From NCBI RefSeq assembly GCF_032444005.1, contig NC_091285.1:13206001-13270000 (forward strand): DNA of 64,000 bases, given 5' to 3'. The DNA comes from Ranitomeya imitator. Taxonomy: Eukaryota. The notes beneath the pieces are model-generated. The model did not search any database. It was not told the DNA's origin and saw only the letters and a program-made list of their open reading frames with translations. Shown in pieces: positions 23,170 through 35,924 of the stretch (the stretch's first letter is position 1; the number at the start of each line of letters is the position of its first letter). The translations under genes and the position numbers were made by a program.

Positions 23170-25190
23170 GAATTCAATGGGTGGGGGTAACTGCAGGTGA
23201 TGAAGTGGGGGGTGTAAGGGGGACTGCACATGATGGAGTTTGGTGGATAAAGGAGACTGCACATGATGGAGTGGGGGGGTAAGTGGCGCTGCAAATAATG
23301 AAGGGGGAGTGGGGCTGCACACGATGGAGTTTGGGGGTTAAAGGAGACTGCACCTGAGGGACTGGGGGTAAGTGGGGCTGCACATGATGAAGGGAGAGTG
23401 GGGCTGCACATGATGGAGTTTGGGGGTTAAAGGAGACTCCACATGATGGAGTGATGGGTAAGTGGGGCTGCACATGATGAAGGGGGAGTGTGGCTGCAAT
23501 TGATGGAGTTTGAGGGTTAAAGGAGACTGCACCTAACGGAGTGGGGGGGTAAGTCGGGCTGCACATGATGAAGGGGGAGTGGGGCTGCACATGATGGAGT
23601 TTGGGGGTTAAAGGAGACTGCACAAGATGGTGTGGGGGGTAAGTGGGGATGCACATGATGAAGGAGGAGTGGGGCTGCACATGATGAAGGGGGAGTAGGG
23701 CTGCACATGATGGAGTTTAGGGCTTAAAGGAGACTGCACATGATGGAGTGGGGGGGTAAGTGGGGCTGCAAATAATGAAGGGGGAGTGGGGCTGCACATG
23801 ATGAAGGGGGAGTAGGGCTGCACATGATGGAGTTTAGGGCTTAAAGGAGACTGCACATGATGGAGTGGGGGGGTAAGTGGGGCTGCAAATAATGAAGGGG
23901 GAGTGGGGCTGCACACGATGGAGTTTGGGGGTTAAAGGAGACTGCACCTGATGGACTGGGCGTAAGTGGGGCTGCACATGATAAAGGGAGAGTGGCCCTG
24001 CACATGATGGAGTTTGTGGGTTAAAGGAGACACCACATGATGGAGTGAGGGGTAAGTGGGGATGCACATGATGAAGAGGGAGTGTGGCTGCAATTGATGG
24101 AGTTTGAGGGTTAAAGGAGACTGCACCTAACGGAGTGGGGGGGTAAGTCGGGCTGCACATGATGAAGGGGGAGTGGGGCTGCACATGATAGAGTTTGGGG
24201 GTTAAAGGAGACTGCACAAGATGGTGTGGGGGGTAAGTGGGGATGCACATGATGAAGGAGGAGTGGGGCTGCACATGATGAAGGGGGAGTATGGCTGCAC
24301 ATGATGGAGTTTAGGGCTTAAAGGAGACTGCACATGATGGAGTGGGGGGTAAGTGTGGCTGCACATGATGAAAGGGGAGTGGGGCTGCAATTGATGGAGT
24401 TTGAGGGTTAAAGGAGACTCCACATGATGGAGGGGGGTAAGTGGGGCTGCTCATGATGAAGTGGGAGTGAGCCTGTACATGATGGAGTTTGGGGGTTAAA
24501 GGAGACTGCACATGATGGAGTGGGGGGGAGTAAGTGGGGCTGCACATGATGAAGGGGGAGTGAGGCTGCACATGATGGAGTTTGGGGGGTTAAAGGAGAC
24601 TGCACAGGATTTAGTGGGGGGTAAGTGGAGCTGCACATGATGGAATTTGGAGGTTAAAGGAGACTGCACTTGATGGAGTGGGGCGAGTAAGTGGGGCTGC
24701 ACATGATGAAGGGGGAGTGAGGCTGCACATTAATGAGTTTGGGGGTTAAAGGAGACTGCACATGATGGAGTGGCGGTAAGTGGGGCTGCACATGATGGAG
24801 TGAGGGTTAAGTGGGGCTGCACATGATGAAGGGGGAGTGGGGTGCACAAGATGGAGTTTGGGGGTTAAAGGAGACTGCACCTGATGGACTGAGGGTAAGT
24901 GGAACTGCACATGATGAAGTGGGGGGTAAGTGGGGCTGCACATGAAGAAGTTGAGGGAGTGGGGCTGTACATGATGGAGTGCCGCTGCATATGATGACTG
25001 GGGGGTAAGGGGGACTGCACATGATGAAGGGGGAGTGGGGATGCACATGATGAAGAAGGGGAGTGTGGATGCACATGATGAATTGGTTGTAAGGGGGGCT
25101 GCGCATGAAGTGTGGGGTAATAAGGACTTCACATGATGAATTGGGGGTTAAGGAGACTGCACATGATGAAGTGGGGGCTAAGGTGAACTG
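23170..25190. repeat. G-rich modular minisatellite (26/33/32-bp subunits, ~594-bp higher-order repeat)
   Basis: ATGATGAAGGGGGAGTGGGGCTGCAC and related subunits; identical spurious ORFs recur 594 bp apart. Confidence 0.93.
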
Positions 25191-25199
25191 CACATGACC

Positions 25200-25790
25200 A
25201 GTGATCTCTGTATTACCTGTGCACTGACACTTTACACTGTATACTATATACAGAGCTCCTGTGTATAATGTCACTGGCAGTGCTGATCACTGTATTACCT
25301 GTACACTGACACTTTATACAGAGCTCCGGTGTAAAATGTCACTGGTGATCCCGGTATTACCTGTACACTGACAGTAAATACAGAGCTCCTGTGTATAATG
25401 TCACTGGTGATCACTGTATTACCTGTGCACTGACACTATATCCAGAGCTCCTGTATATAATGTTACCAGTGATCACTGTATTACCTGTACACTGACAGTA
25501 AATACAGAGTTCCTGTATACAATCACACTTAGTATTGTTTTTTTTTTTAAATTAATGATCAGTATTGTAGTATTCAGTCACTATGTGGTGGTAATATGTG
25601 GTCTGGTCATGGTGTGGTGGTATTTGTTCCTTGTATGTGCTATTATGCAGTCACTACAGTATGTGGTGGTAATATGTGGTCTGGTCATGGTGTGGCGGTA
25701 TTCCGTGTGTTTGGTATTATTCAGTCACTATGTGGTGGTAATATGTGGTCTGGTCATGGTGTGACGATATTTGTCCCTTGTATGTGGTAT
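25200..25790. repeat. Two short tandem arrays (~60-65-bp unit TGTATTACCTGTACACTGAC...; GTGGTGGTAATATGTGGTCTGGTCATGG unit)
   Basis: Direct repeats visible; the first unit also occurs at 46870-46960. Confidence 0.8.
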
Positions 25791-26267
25791 TTTTAATAGT
25801 TTAGACTAGAATAGGGCCCAGCCGAAAGAGTCTACCGTGTCATGGTGTCAACTTAAAATTTATTTTTCGCCAGAACAAAAGCTGCTGGTTATGAATGTGA
25901 TCTGGTGTTTGATGGGAACTGTTAATATCTGATCGGTTAGGATGTGGTGGAGAAGTTGAGATTTTCCAAGAGTGGGCAGTGTGATGGTGGAGGCGGAGCT
26001 GGTGTGGAGTCTGGGCGGAGTGTCAAGGGAACACAAAAAGTTTGCCAGTATGGGGCCCCGAAATTCCTAGTGGCAGCCCTGGTCTGTCTCATAAGCTCCA
26101 GACCACTGCTTCCTGAGGCTTTAGTGTGCTCATGCAGGCAGCGCGATGACATTATTGCCTGATGCCGCTTTGCGGACAGGAAGAAAAAATAGAGGCTGCA
26201 GTGCCAGGAATCAGGATGTGGTGAATGTAAACTTCATTATTTTTAATATGGGGAACTTGGGCCATCA

Positions 26268-26710
26268 TACTATCTATATATATAATTGTCTAAGGGTCTT
26301 TCTATCTGTCTTTCTGTCTGTCCTGGAAATCCCGCGTCTCTGATTGGTCGAGGCCACCGGGCCTCGACCAATCAGCAATGGGCACAGTATCGACGTAGAT
26401 GTCATAATGGTTGCCATGGCAACGATGATGTCATAAAGGTTGCCTCGACCAATCAGCGACGGGCACAGTCTGCTGCGAATTCTGGAATCATCATTGTCCA
26501 TTGGCCATTGGCCTGGGGGCCTCGACCAATCAGCGACGGGCACAGCATCGACGTAGAAATCCCGCGTCGCTGATTGGTCGAGGCCTGGCGGCAGTGATGT
26601 CATAAAGGACGTAGACATCCCACGTCTCTGTTTGGTCAAGGCCGCCAGGCCTCGACCAATCAGCAACGGGCACAGTATCGACGTAGATGTCATAATGGTT
26701 GCCATTGCGA
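26268..26710. mobile_element. CCAAT-rich palindromic repeat, possibly the 5' part of a non-autonomous Helitron
   Basis: Starts TATCTATATATATAATTGTCTAAGGG; repeated GATTGGTCGAGGCC / GGCCTCGACCAATC inverted units. Confidence 0.45.
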
Positions 26711-26749
26711 TTGCCCCCCAGGCTGAAAAGTGCCAGCCAGCCCCTGCTT

Positions 26750-29700
26750 AGAGGGATTATCTCAAGAAGAAAACAAAAAAAACTATTCTATAGACTGGAT
26801 TAGGAAACAGCAGAAGGCACCTCTCTGAAATATAATTGATTATAGTTTAAGGGGTGCTCACTGCTTTCTTTGAAGGTGCTCTGGAGAAAAATATAGTCCA
26901 AGAATAATTGAAAAAACTCCGGCACACTTAAATAGTACGGGTGATATTTGTATTCAACAAAAATTCCAAATAATAGGACTCCAATTGTCCAAAACAATGT
27001 TTTCCAAAGATTCTTACAAACAAGAAATTCTTCTTACAGACATGAAATTCAACGTTTCGGCTAACCAGCCTTTCCCAAGAAATGTCTGTGGCTGAAATAT
27101 ATATGAACAAAAAAGTATAAAAATACATAATAAAAGAATAACAGAAAAGTGGAAAAAATTATCACAATGTGAGTAAGATCATCATAGTATCTGATATCTG
27201 TGGTATATAAGTGCACCTGTCTAAGTTATCTGACATAAAATGAGTGGAACCTTACGTAAACTCAGTAAAAACAAGTAAAGTTAGTGCAACCATGTGAAAT
27301 TTTGTATATAGAGAAGCATCCCTTGTGTTACCCACAGGAACTAGAGCAACAATGGGAAATCCTCTTTTAAACGTGACTATTGATTATTGTGATAAATGTC
27401 AATGGTATTGAGTATGACACCCGTCACCCAATCGCCGAGCGACGTATAAGAATAGAGGTAAAGTTAGAAAAAAAAATTGGTTTATACTTTACTTATAATA
27501 GTTCTTCATAAGGAAATTGTTAGATTGCACTGTAGGTATAGGAGCAATATTTAGAGATAAACTCCAAATCTCCATGAAAGAAAAAAGAAAAAGAAAAACC
27601 ATAAACCGGTCATAACAGAAGTGAATGTTCCGGGTAATTTACCTGCAAAAGTCTTATGAGAGAAAAGGTTACCGTATACGTATCTCCGAGCTGCGGGATC
27701 CGGGAACAAGAATTATACAGAGCGGCAGTGGTGAGTCCTAGTGATAAGGCCGCGCGGTGCCGACTTTTTATATGTTTCCGGTGCCAGCGTGTGAGCAAGT
27801 GCTTCCGGTTTTGGAATTGGGGACGAAAAGCGTTGTGCGCATGTGTCTTCCAGAAAAAGCCAATAACCTCCGAAAACAGCTCGTAGTAGTGTATCGATGG
27901 TGAGTGCGCATGCGTGGACTATTACAAGCGCACGGTTTATCTCGGATCTCCGCTGGTATACTATTAAACGAAAACAGAAAAAAGGGGGTTAAAGAGAAAA
28001 ATGTTTCTCAACTATATAATACATATGAATAATACACTCTAGGATGAAGTTTGTAAATAACATAAATAAAAATAGCATAAGTAAAAAAGAGATAAGTAAA
28101 GAATGTAAGTGAAATCTATACTTATACAATATGTGTTCACCATACCCAGATATCTATCCAATATGGTTGTTGAATATATTAGAGGACTAAAATTATCTGA
28201 AAAAGTTACATGTACTGAAAAATATATTAGTAGGGTCCATAATGACAAGGGTCTAACAAAGGTCCAAATCATAAGAATGTATCAATAACTAAACTCATAT
28301 TCTCTGTTGAGACCAAATCGAGTAAGGGTTTGAAGCGTGTGGATCCAGAAGGACTCCCGTTCATTCAATTTTTTAACCCTATCTCCACCTTTTCTTAGTG
28401 TAGGGACATGATCAATGATTTGGTATTTTAATTGAGTGATACCATGGTTATGCTGTTGAAAGTGAGCCGGAATAGGAAGAAGTGTTCTCCCACACCTAAT
28501 GGTAGACTTATGTTGAGAGATGCGGTCTCGGATATGTTGGGTAGTTTCTCCCACATATCCGAGACCGCATGGACATTTTATAAGATAAACAACAATGTTC
28601 GAATCACATGACAAATTTCCCTTAATTGGATATCTCCGACCTGTACGGGGGTGTGTGAAAGAGTCCCATTTAGTGATGTTAGAGCATTGAAGGCAATTTA
28701 GACATGAGAAAGTCCCATTTCGAGGTGTAGAGAAGACCCTTTGTATATGTTCTTTATTAGATGGGCCTACATCTGCCCTAACTAAATAGTTCTTGATATT
28801 CTGGGATCTTTTGTTACAGATAATAGGATTAGTATTAAATTCCTTAACATGTGGGTACGCCTTCTGCAAGATATTCCAATGTTTCAATATACATTGGTTA
28901 AAAAGATGATTGAAAGGGTGAAAGGTGCTCACAAATGCCAGACGGGGTGCCTTTCCGATCTATGATAGATGTCTCGGTGTCATTAATGTTATTGGTCAGT
29001 GTATGATTAGGGTATCCTCTACTATGAAATTTAATATTCATTTCATGATGTCTAATTTGACGGATGTCTGGATTGGACACTATCCTGTCGACTCTATCAT
29101 GTTGTGATTTTGGAAGTGCTCTTTTTACATGTTTAGGATGGCAGCTATCATATTTTAACAAGCTATTCCTGTCGGTTGGTTTGACATACAAATCTGTTTC
29201 AATACTTCTGTCACTCTTAAAAATAACCATTGTGTCCAAAAAATTCATAGAACAGGAATCATGACTGATTGAAAAGGTTAAACCAGGTACACACAAATTA
29301 AGATCATTATAGAATGAGAGAAGGGCCTCATCATGACCGGTCCAAATTAAAAAAATATCATCTATATAACGTCACCAGTGTATTATATGTGACATGTAAC
29401 ATGAATGTGGGTATACATAGGATATTTCAAATTGTCCCATAAATATGTTTGCGTATGGGGGTGCCACATTGGACCCCATAGCCGTACCTTTCTTCTGTAT
29501 ATAGAATTGATCTTCAAAAAAAAAAAATGACGGGTGAGAATAAGTGTAAGTAAATCTTTACAAGAGTTAAGTTGGTCAATAGAGAAATTTGTGTGTCGAG
29601 AGAGGAACAGCATAACTGCTTCCAAACCATCTTGATGTCTTATGCTGGTATATAAACTGTTTACATCCATAACTACTAGCTTACAATCATTGTGTAAGGT

Positions 29701-30950
29701 GCCCAAACTCTGTAGGGATGTCAAAAAATCTGTTGTATCCTTGAGAAATGCTTTGATGTGTGGTACAAGGGGGGACAACATTTTTTCTAAAGTGATGGCT
29801 AGAGGAGAAAGAATAGAGTTGGTTGAAGCAACTATAGGACGTCCTGGGGGTTTTTGCAGGTGTTTGTGAATTTTCGGAAGGGTATAAAAAAACGGGTATA
29901 ACTGGATGTTGATTAATCAAAAATTCCCCCTGCTGTTCATCAATGGTTCCTAATTTACTATAATAGATTATGAGGTCCTAAATCTCTCTAGCTATGTCAA
30001 AGGTAGGATTGTGACTGATAGGTTGGTATGTGTCGGAATCATTAAGTTGCATACGTATCTCATTCATATAGTAACTAGGATCTAATATTACAATAGAGCC
30101 CCCCCTTGTCCGCCGGTTTTATAATTAACTCTTTATTTTCTTTTAAAGACATCAAGGCACTATACTCATCACTGGTGAGGTTATTTTTAATATGTACCTG
30201 CCCCCTCTCTATGGACACCAAAACATTCTTAATCTTTCTTGACAAAATCAATGTAGGTTTCCACTGGAAGGTACGAACGTGGTGGTTGATAAGAACTCGG
30301 AACACGCAAATTCAAGGCTTTAGAAGTGAGGGTCGTCCCTATGGGCTCAGGTACTGGAACAGTGGACATAGATAGATTAGAAAAATGGGCTTTTAGTCTC
30401 ACATTCCTGAAGAATCGGTGTAGCTCTTGATCAAGCTGAAAGGTACTGAACATTGGTAACGGGCAAAAAGTCAAACCTTTTTGTAACATTGTCATTTCAA
30501 ATGGGGAAAGACAATACGAGATGTTGTAGACAATATTGGAGGGGAAGTCAGTACCTGAGATCTCGTTGTCATCCTGTGTTGTTCTTGTCCGTAGTCGCCT
30601 CCCCCTCCTCGTTTTCCTCGGTAAATTCGGCCTCGACGTGGTTCTAAAAAAGATGAATGAGTGGTACCAAAATCGCTGTCCGAGCTGGTAGAAATAGGAC
30701 TGTATTCTCGTCGTATAGCAGAGATGCACTGAGAAATTGTCTCTGATGTTGGCAGACCCAATCTGTGCATGTATTATATGTTGGCTTTTTGTTACTATTT
30801 GCAGCTCATACTAAACTGGTTTGTATTCATGATACATCTCTTTTACAAGTGATTGTATCACATCACTTTGTGTTTTAACTCTCCCTGCTGCTTACTAAAA
30901 AAAAAATCTTATTTTGTGGCTGCCGTGATGCTCTCTGATTTGTATAGCTA
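26750..30950 (-). mobile_element. Penelope-like retroelement (Neptune type), degraded
   Basis: RT motifs (VMDVNSLYTSI, MNFLDT, DLYVKPTDRN), CxxCxxC linker and GIY-YIG endonuclease (VYLIKCPCGLGYVGET). Confidence 0.9.
28282..30770 (-). pseudogene. Frameshifted Penelope RT-GIY-YIG ORF
   Basis: ORF pieces 30229-30729, 29383-29781, 28898-29296 and 28282-28932 in colinear order across frames. Confidence 0.87.
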
Positions 30951-31062
30951 ATTTAATTATCCGTCTTTTTAATTTGTATATCTTTAGGCGCATGCCTCAC
31001 ATTTCCAAGTCAAAACAACCCAAAATGCCTGTTATTTCTAGTACTGAAATATATAACAAATG

Positions 31063-31064
<2 letters not shown>

Positions 31065-31117
<53 letters not shown>
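31065..31117. repeat. (TA)n microsatellite
   Basis: Direct reading. Confidence 0.97.
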
Positions 31118-31124
<7 letters not shown>

Positions 31125-31906
31125 ACGGTGCAGCGCTGAGCTCAGTGAGTTCACCGCAGTTCAGGGGCCCAGCTGGTAATGCATCCTGTGACCTGCGGTT
31201 AACCTCAATGACGTCACCTCTAGTCACTGACGCTGAGCTTGCAGCAACTCATTCTCCAGTGGTTTTCAGTTTGGAAGGTGGCATCTTGGCACCATCCAGG
31301 CTGAAAACTATTTATCCCAGACATGGATTACGGCGTGGAACAAAACATTGGACAGGTGAAGGATATAGTTTGTTTATTATTTTAGTTTTTTTACAGGAGA
31401 CCATGGCTTCAATGGAATGGATGATAGTTGAGTATTTTTGTTATTTATTATTCTCTGTTTTTATACAGGAGACCATTGCTTCAATGGAATGGGCATTAGG
31501 GGAGTATAACTGTTTGGTATTTTTAAATTACATGTTTAATTACCATATAACCATAGGATTTAGTAATGGATAGGCGTTTTATAGGCGCCTCTCCATTATT
31601 AAGCTGTGGGCTTGATGTCACCAGATAATACAAAGGTGAGATCAGCCCCACAAATATGATCCCCACTTGCGACCGCCAAAGGACAAGTGGGAAAAGCCGG
31701 GCAAAGCACCAGAATTGGCGCATCTAATAGCCGCCCCCAAAAAGATGCATCTGCGGGCTGCTATTTTTAGGCTGGGGGGCCAATATCCATGGCCCCTTAC
31801 CAGCCTGAGAATACCAGCACCCAGCTGTCTGCTTTAGCTTGGTTGGTTGCCAAAAATGGGGGATGCCCCACGCTTTATTTAAAAAAAAATGTATTTAAAT
31901 GATTTT

Positions 31907-32217
31907 TAGTGATGTGCGAGTGTACTCATTGGTCGGGTTTTCCCGAGCATGCTCTGGTGACCTCCGAGTATTTATGACTGCTCGGAGATTTAGTTTTCAT
32001 CGTGGCAGCTGAATGATTTACAGCTACTAGCCTGCTTGATTACATGTGGGGATTCCCTAGCAACCAGGCAACCCCCACATGTACTCAGCGTGGCTGCTAG
32101 CTGTAAATCATTCAGCTGCCATGATGAAAACAAAATCTCCGAGCAGTCATAAATACTCGGAGGTCACCCGATCGTGCTCGGGAAAATCCGAGCAACGAGT
32201 ACACTCGCTCATCACTA
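31907..32217. mobile_element. hAT MITE (TAGTGATGAGC family)
   Basis: TIRs; TSD ATGATTTT/ATAATTTT. Confidence 0.85.
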
Positions 32218-32419
32218 ATAATTTTAAAAAATTATGTGTGGACCCCTCTATTCTTGATAACCTGCCTTGCTAAAGCTGACAGCTGAGGGTTGCAGCCCAC
32301 AGCTGTCAGTTTTACCTGACTGGATGTCAAAAATACAGTGGGAACCCACGTCAATTTTTTATTTATTTATTTATAGCGCAGACTCCGTGTGACAACCGTA
32401 TGGCATCCGTACGGCGAGA

Positions 32420-32564
32420 NNNNNNNNNNNNNNNNNNNNNNNNNNNNNNNNNNNNNNNNNNNNNNNNNNNNNNNNNNNNNNNNNNNNNNNNNNNNNNNNN
32501 NNNNNNNNNNNNNNNNNNNNNNNNNNNNNNNNNNNNNNNNNNNNNNNNNNNNNNNNNNNNNNNN
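32420..32564. other. N-run (145 nt)
   Basis: Direct reading. Confidence 0.99.
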
Positions 32565-33440
32565 GATAGCAGAAAAGCCGGTAATTCAATTGCTGGCTTT
32601 TCCTATCTCCTTCCCAAACCCGACAGGATATGAGACACGGTTTACATACAGTAAACCATCTCATATCCCTTTTTCTTTCATATTCCTCACTACTAATGTT
32701 AGTAGTGTGTATGTGTAAAATTTGAGCACTCTAGCCGGTAAAATAAAGGGTTAAATCGCGAAAAAAACTGGCATGGGCTCCCGAGCAATTTTCTCCACCA
32801 GAGTGGGAAAGCCAGTGACTGAGGGCAGATATAAGATGCACCTATTCTGCCACTTGGCCACTCTATTCCCATTCTGTGTAGTGGTGGGATATGGGGTAAT
32901 AAAGGGTTAATGTCACCTTGCTATTGTGAGGTGACATTAAGTCAGGTTAATAATGGAGAGGCGTCAATTATGACACCTATCCATTATTAATCCAATAGTA
33001 CGAAATGATTAATAAAACACACACACATTATTAAAAAGCATTTTAATGCAATAAAGACACATGGTGTTTTAATATTTTATTATACTCTTAATCCACCTGA
33101 AGACCCTTGTCACCTGAAACAAAGTTAAGAAAACAAACAACAATATTCCATAACTTCCGTCATTACAGTCTTGTCCCACGCTGTAAATCCATCTGAAGGG
33201 GTTAAATCATTTTACACCCAGGAGCTCTGCTAATGCAGTTGTGCTCCTGACTGTAAAACTTGGTGAATGAATGGAATGCATGGGGAATGTACTGTAGTTA
33301 CCTCGAGTCGCGGTAATGCGCCCTCTGCTGGATGAACTCATATGAACTCGAGCGTGGGAAAATATTCTGAAAAGTTCCCAGACTCGAGTCCATATGAGTT
33401 CATCCAGCAGAGGGCGCATCACCGCTATCTAGCGCTGAAT

Positions 33441-33478
<38 letters not shown>

Positions 33479-33694
33479 CAGTGGGGCAAAAAAGTATTTA
33501 GTCAGTCAGCAATAGTGCAAGTTCCACCACTTAAAAAGATGAGAGGCGTCTGTAATTTACATCATAGGTAGCCCTCAACTATGGGAGACAAACTGAGAAA
33601 AAAAAATCCAGAAAATCACATTGTCTGTTTTTTTAACATTATATTTGCATATTATGGTGGAAAATAAGTATTTGGTCAGAAACAAACTTTCATC

Positions 33695-34714
33695 TCAATA
33701 CTTTGTAATATATCCTTTGTTGGCAATGACAGAGGTCAAACGTTTTCTGTAAGTCTTCACAAGGTTGCCACACACTGTTGTTGGTATGTTGGCCCATTCC
33801 TCCTTGCAGATCTCCTCTAGAGCAGTGATGTTTTTGGCTTTTCGCTTGGCAACACGGACTTTCAACTCCCTCCAAAGGTTTTCTATAGGGTTGAGATCTG
33901 GAGACTGGCTAGGCCACTCCAGGACCTTGAAATGCTTCTTACGAAGCCACTCCTTCGTTGCCCTGGCGGTGTGCTTTGGATCATTGTCATGTTGAAAGAC
34001 CCAGCCACGTTTCATCTTTAATGCCCTTGCTGATGGAAGGAGGTTTGCACTCAAAATCTCACGATACATGGCCCCATTCATTCTTTCATGTACCCGGATC
34101 AGTCGTCCTGGCCCCTTTGCAGAGAAACAGCCCCAAAGCATGATGTTTCCACCACCATGCTTTACAGTAGGTATGGTGTTTGATGGATGCAACTCAGTAT
34201 TCTTTTTCCTCCAAACACGACAAGTTGTGTTTCTACCAAACAGTTCCAGTTTGGTTTCATCAGACCATAGGACATTCTCCCAAAACTCCTCTGGATCATC
34301 CAAATGCTCTCTAGCAAACTTCAGACGGGCCCGGACATGTCCTGGCTTAAGCAGTGGGACACGTCTGGCACTGCAGGATCTGAGTCCATGGTGGCGTAGT
34401 GTGTTACTTATGGTAGGCCTTGTTACATTGGTCCCAGCTCTCTGCAGTTCATTCACTAGGTCCCCCCGCGTGGTTCTGGGATTTTTGCTCACCGTTCTTG
34501 TGATCATTCTGACCCCACGGGGTGGGATTTTGCGTGGAGCCCCAGATAGAGGGAGATTATCAGTGGTCTTGTATGTCTTCCATTTTCTAATTATTGCTCC
34601 CACTGTTGATTTCTTCACTCCAAGCTGGTTGGCTATTGCAGATTCAGTCTTCCCAGCCTGGTGCAGGGCTACAAATTTGTTTCTGGTGTCCTTTGACAGC
34701 TCTTTGGTCTTCAC
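33695..34714 (-). CDS. Tc1 DD34E transposase, uninterrupted from codon 2 (native ATG at 35935 separated by the MITE; alternative in-frame ATG at 35014)
   Basis: HTH region, [23 protein letters not shown]; 34 residues between the second D and the E. Confidence 0.9.
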   Translation of the reverse strand: MKTKELSKDTRNKFVALHQAGKTESAIANQLGVKKSTVGAIIRKWKTYKTTDNLPLSGAPRKIPPRGVRMITRTVSKNPRTTRGDLVNELQRAGTNVTRPTISNTLRHHGLRSCSARRVPLLKPGHVRARLKFAREHLDDPEEFWENVLWSDETKLELFGRNTTCRVWRKKNTELHPSNTIPTVKHGGGNIMLWGCFSAKGPGRLIRVHERMNGAMYREILSANLLPSARALKMKRGWVFQHDNDPKHTARATKEWLRKKHFKVLEWPSQSPDLNPIENLWRELKVRVAKRKAKNITALEEICKEEWANIPTTVCGNLVKTYRKRLTSVIANKGYITKY

Positions 34715-35924
34715 TAGTGTTGAGCATTCCGATACCGCAAGTATCGGGTATCGGCCGATACTTGCGGTATCGGAATTCCGATACCGAGATCCGATACTTT
34801 TGTGGTATCGGGTATCGGTATCGGATACATAGGGATCTGTAAAATAAAGAATTAAAATAAAAAATATTGATATATTTACCTCTCCGGCGGCCCCTGGACT
34901 CAGCGCGGGTAACCGGCAGGCTTCGTTGTTCAAAATCAGCGCTTTTAGGACCTGAGAATCACGTCCCGGCTTCTGATTGGTCGCGGGCCGCCCATGTGAC
35001 CGCCACGCGACCAATCACAAGCCGCGACGTCACCGCAAGCTATTGACGCGCTCATTTTTAAAAATGAGCGCGTTAATGGCTTTGAAAGACATAGCGGCTT
35101 GTGATTGGTCGCATGGCCGCGACCAATCACAAGCCGCGACGTCACCGCAAGCTATTGACGCGCTCATTTTTAAAAATGAGCGCGTTAATGGCTTTGAAAG
35201 ACATAGCGGCTTGTGATTGGTCGCATGGCCGCGACCAATCACAAGCCGCGACGTCACCGCAAGCTATTGACGCGCTCATTTTTAAAAATGAGCGCGTTAA
35301 TGGCTTTGAAAGACATAGCGGCTTGTGATTGGTCGCATGGCCGCGACCAATCACAAGCCGCGACGTCACCGCAAGCTATTGACGCGCTCATTTTTAAAAA
35401 TGAGCGCGTTAATGGCTTTGAAAGACATAGCGGCTTGTGATTGGTCGACCAATCACAAGCCGCTATGTCTTTCAAAGCCATTAACGCGCTCATTTTTAAA
35501 AATGAGCGCGTCAATAGCTTGCGGTGACGTCGCGGCTTGTGATTGGTCGCGTGGCGGTCACATGGGCGGCCCGCGACCAATCAGAAGCCGGGACGTGATT
35601 CTCAGGTCCTAAAAGCGCTGATTTTGAACAACGAAGCCTGCCGGTTACCCGCGCTGAGTTCAGGGGCCGCCGGAGAGGTAAATATATCAATATTTTTTAT
35701 TTTTATTCTTTATTTTACACCTCCCTATGGATCCCAGGGCCTGAAGGAGAGTTTCCTCTCCTTCAGACCCTGGGAACCATGAGAATACCTTCCGATACTT
35801 GATGTCCCATTGACTTGTATTGGTATCGGATATCGGTATCGGCGATATCCGATATTTTTCGGGTATCGGCCGATACTATCCGATACCGATACTTTCAAGT
35901 ATCGGACGGTATCGCTCAACACTA
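34715..35924. mobile_element. hAT MITE (TAGTGTTGAGC TIR) with internal 112-bp palindromic tandem units
   Basis: Perfect 8-bp TSD GTCTTCAC (34707-34714, 35925-35932); CGATAC subterminal repeats. Confidence 0.93.

Larger units (their letters stand above)
22790..26081. mobile_element. hAT-like composite element with internal satellites
   Basis: Right end GGGGCCCCGAAATTCCTAGTGGCAGCCCTG; left end and TSD not resolved. Confidence 0.5.
31120..33430. mobile_element. Modular composite repeat related to 11760-14690 and 60640-62730
   Basis: Shared blocks CAGAATTGGCGCATCT, TTAGTAATGGATAGG...GCCTCTCCATTATTAA, GGGTTAATGTCACCTT. Confidence 0.6.

Noticed and set aside
21208-25274. Many 100-190 aa repetitive ORFs
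   Set aside because: They are translations of minisatellites, open in several frames on both strands
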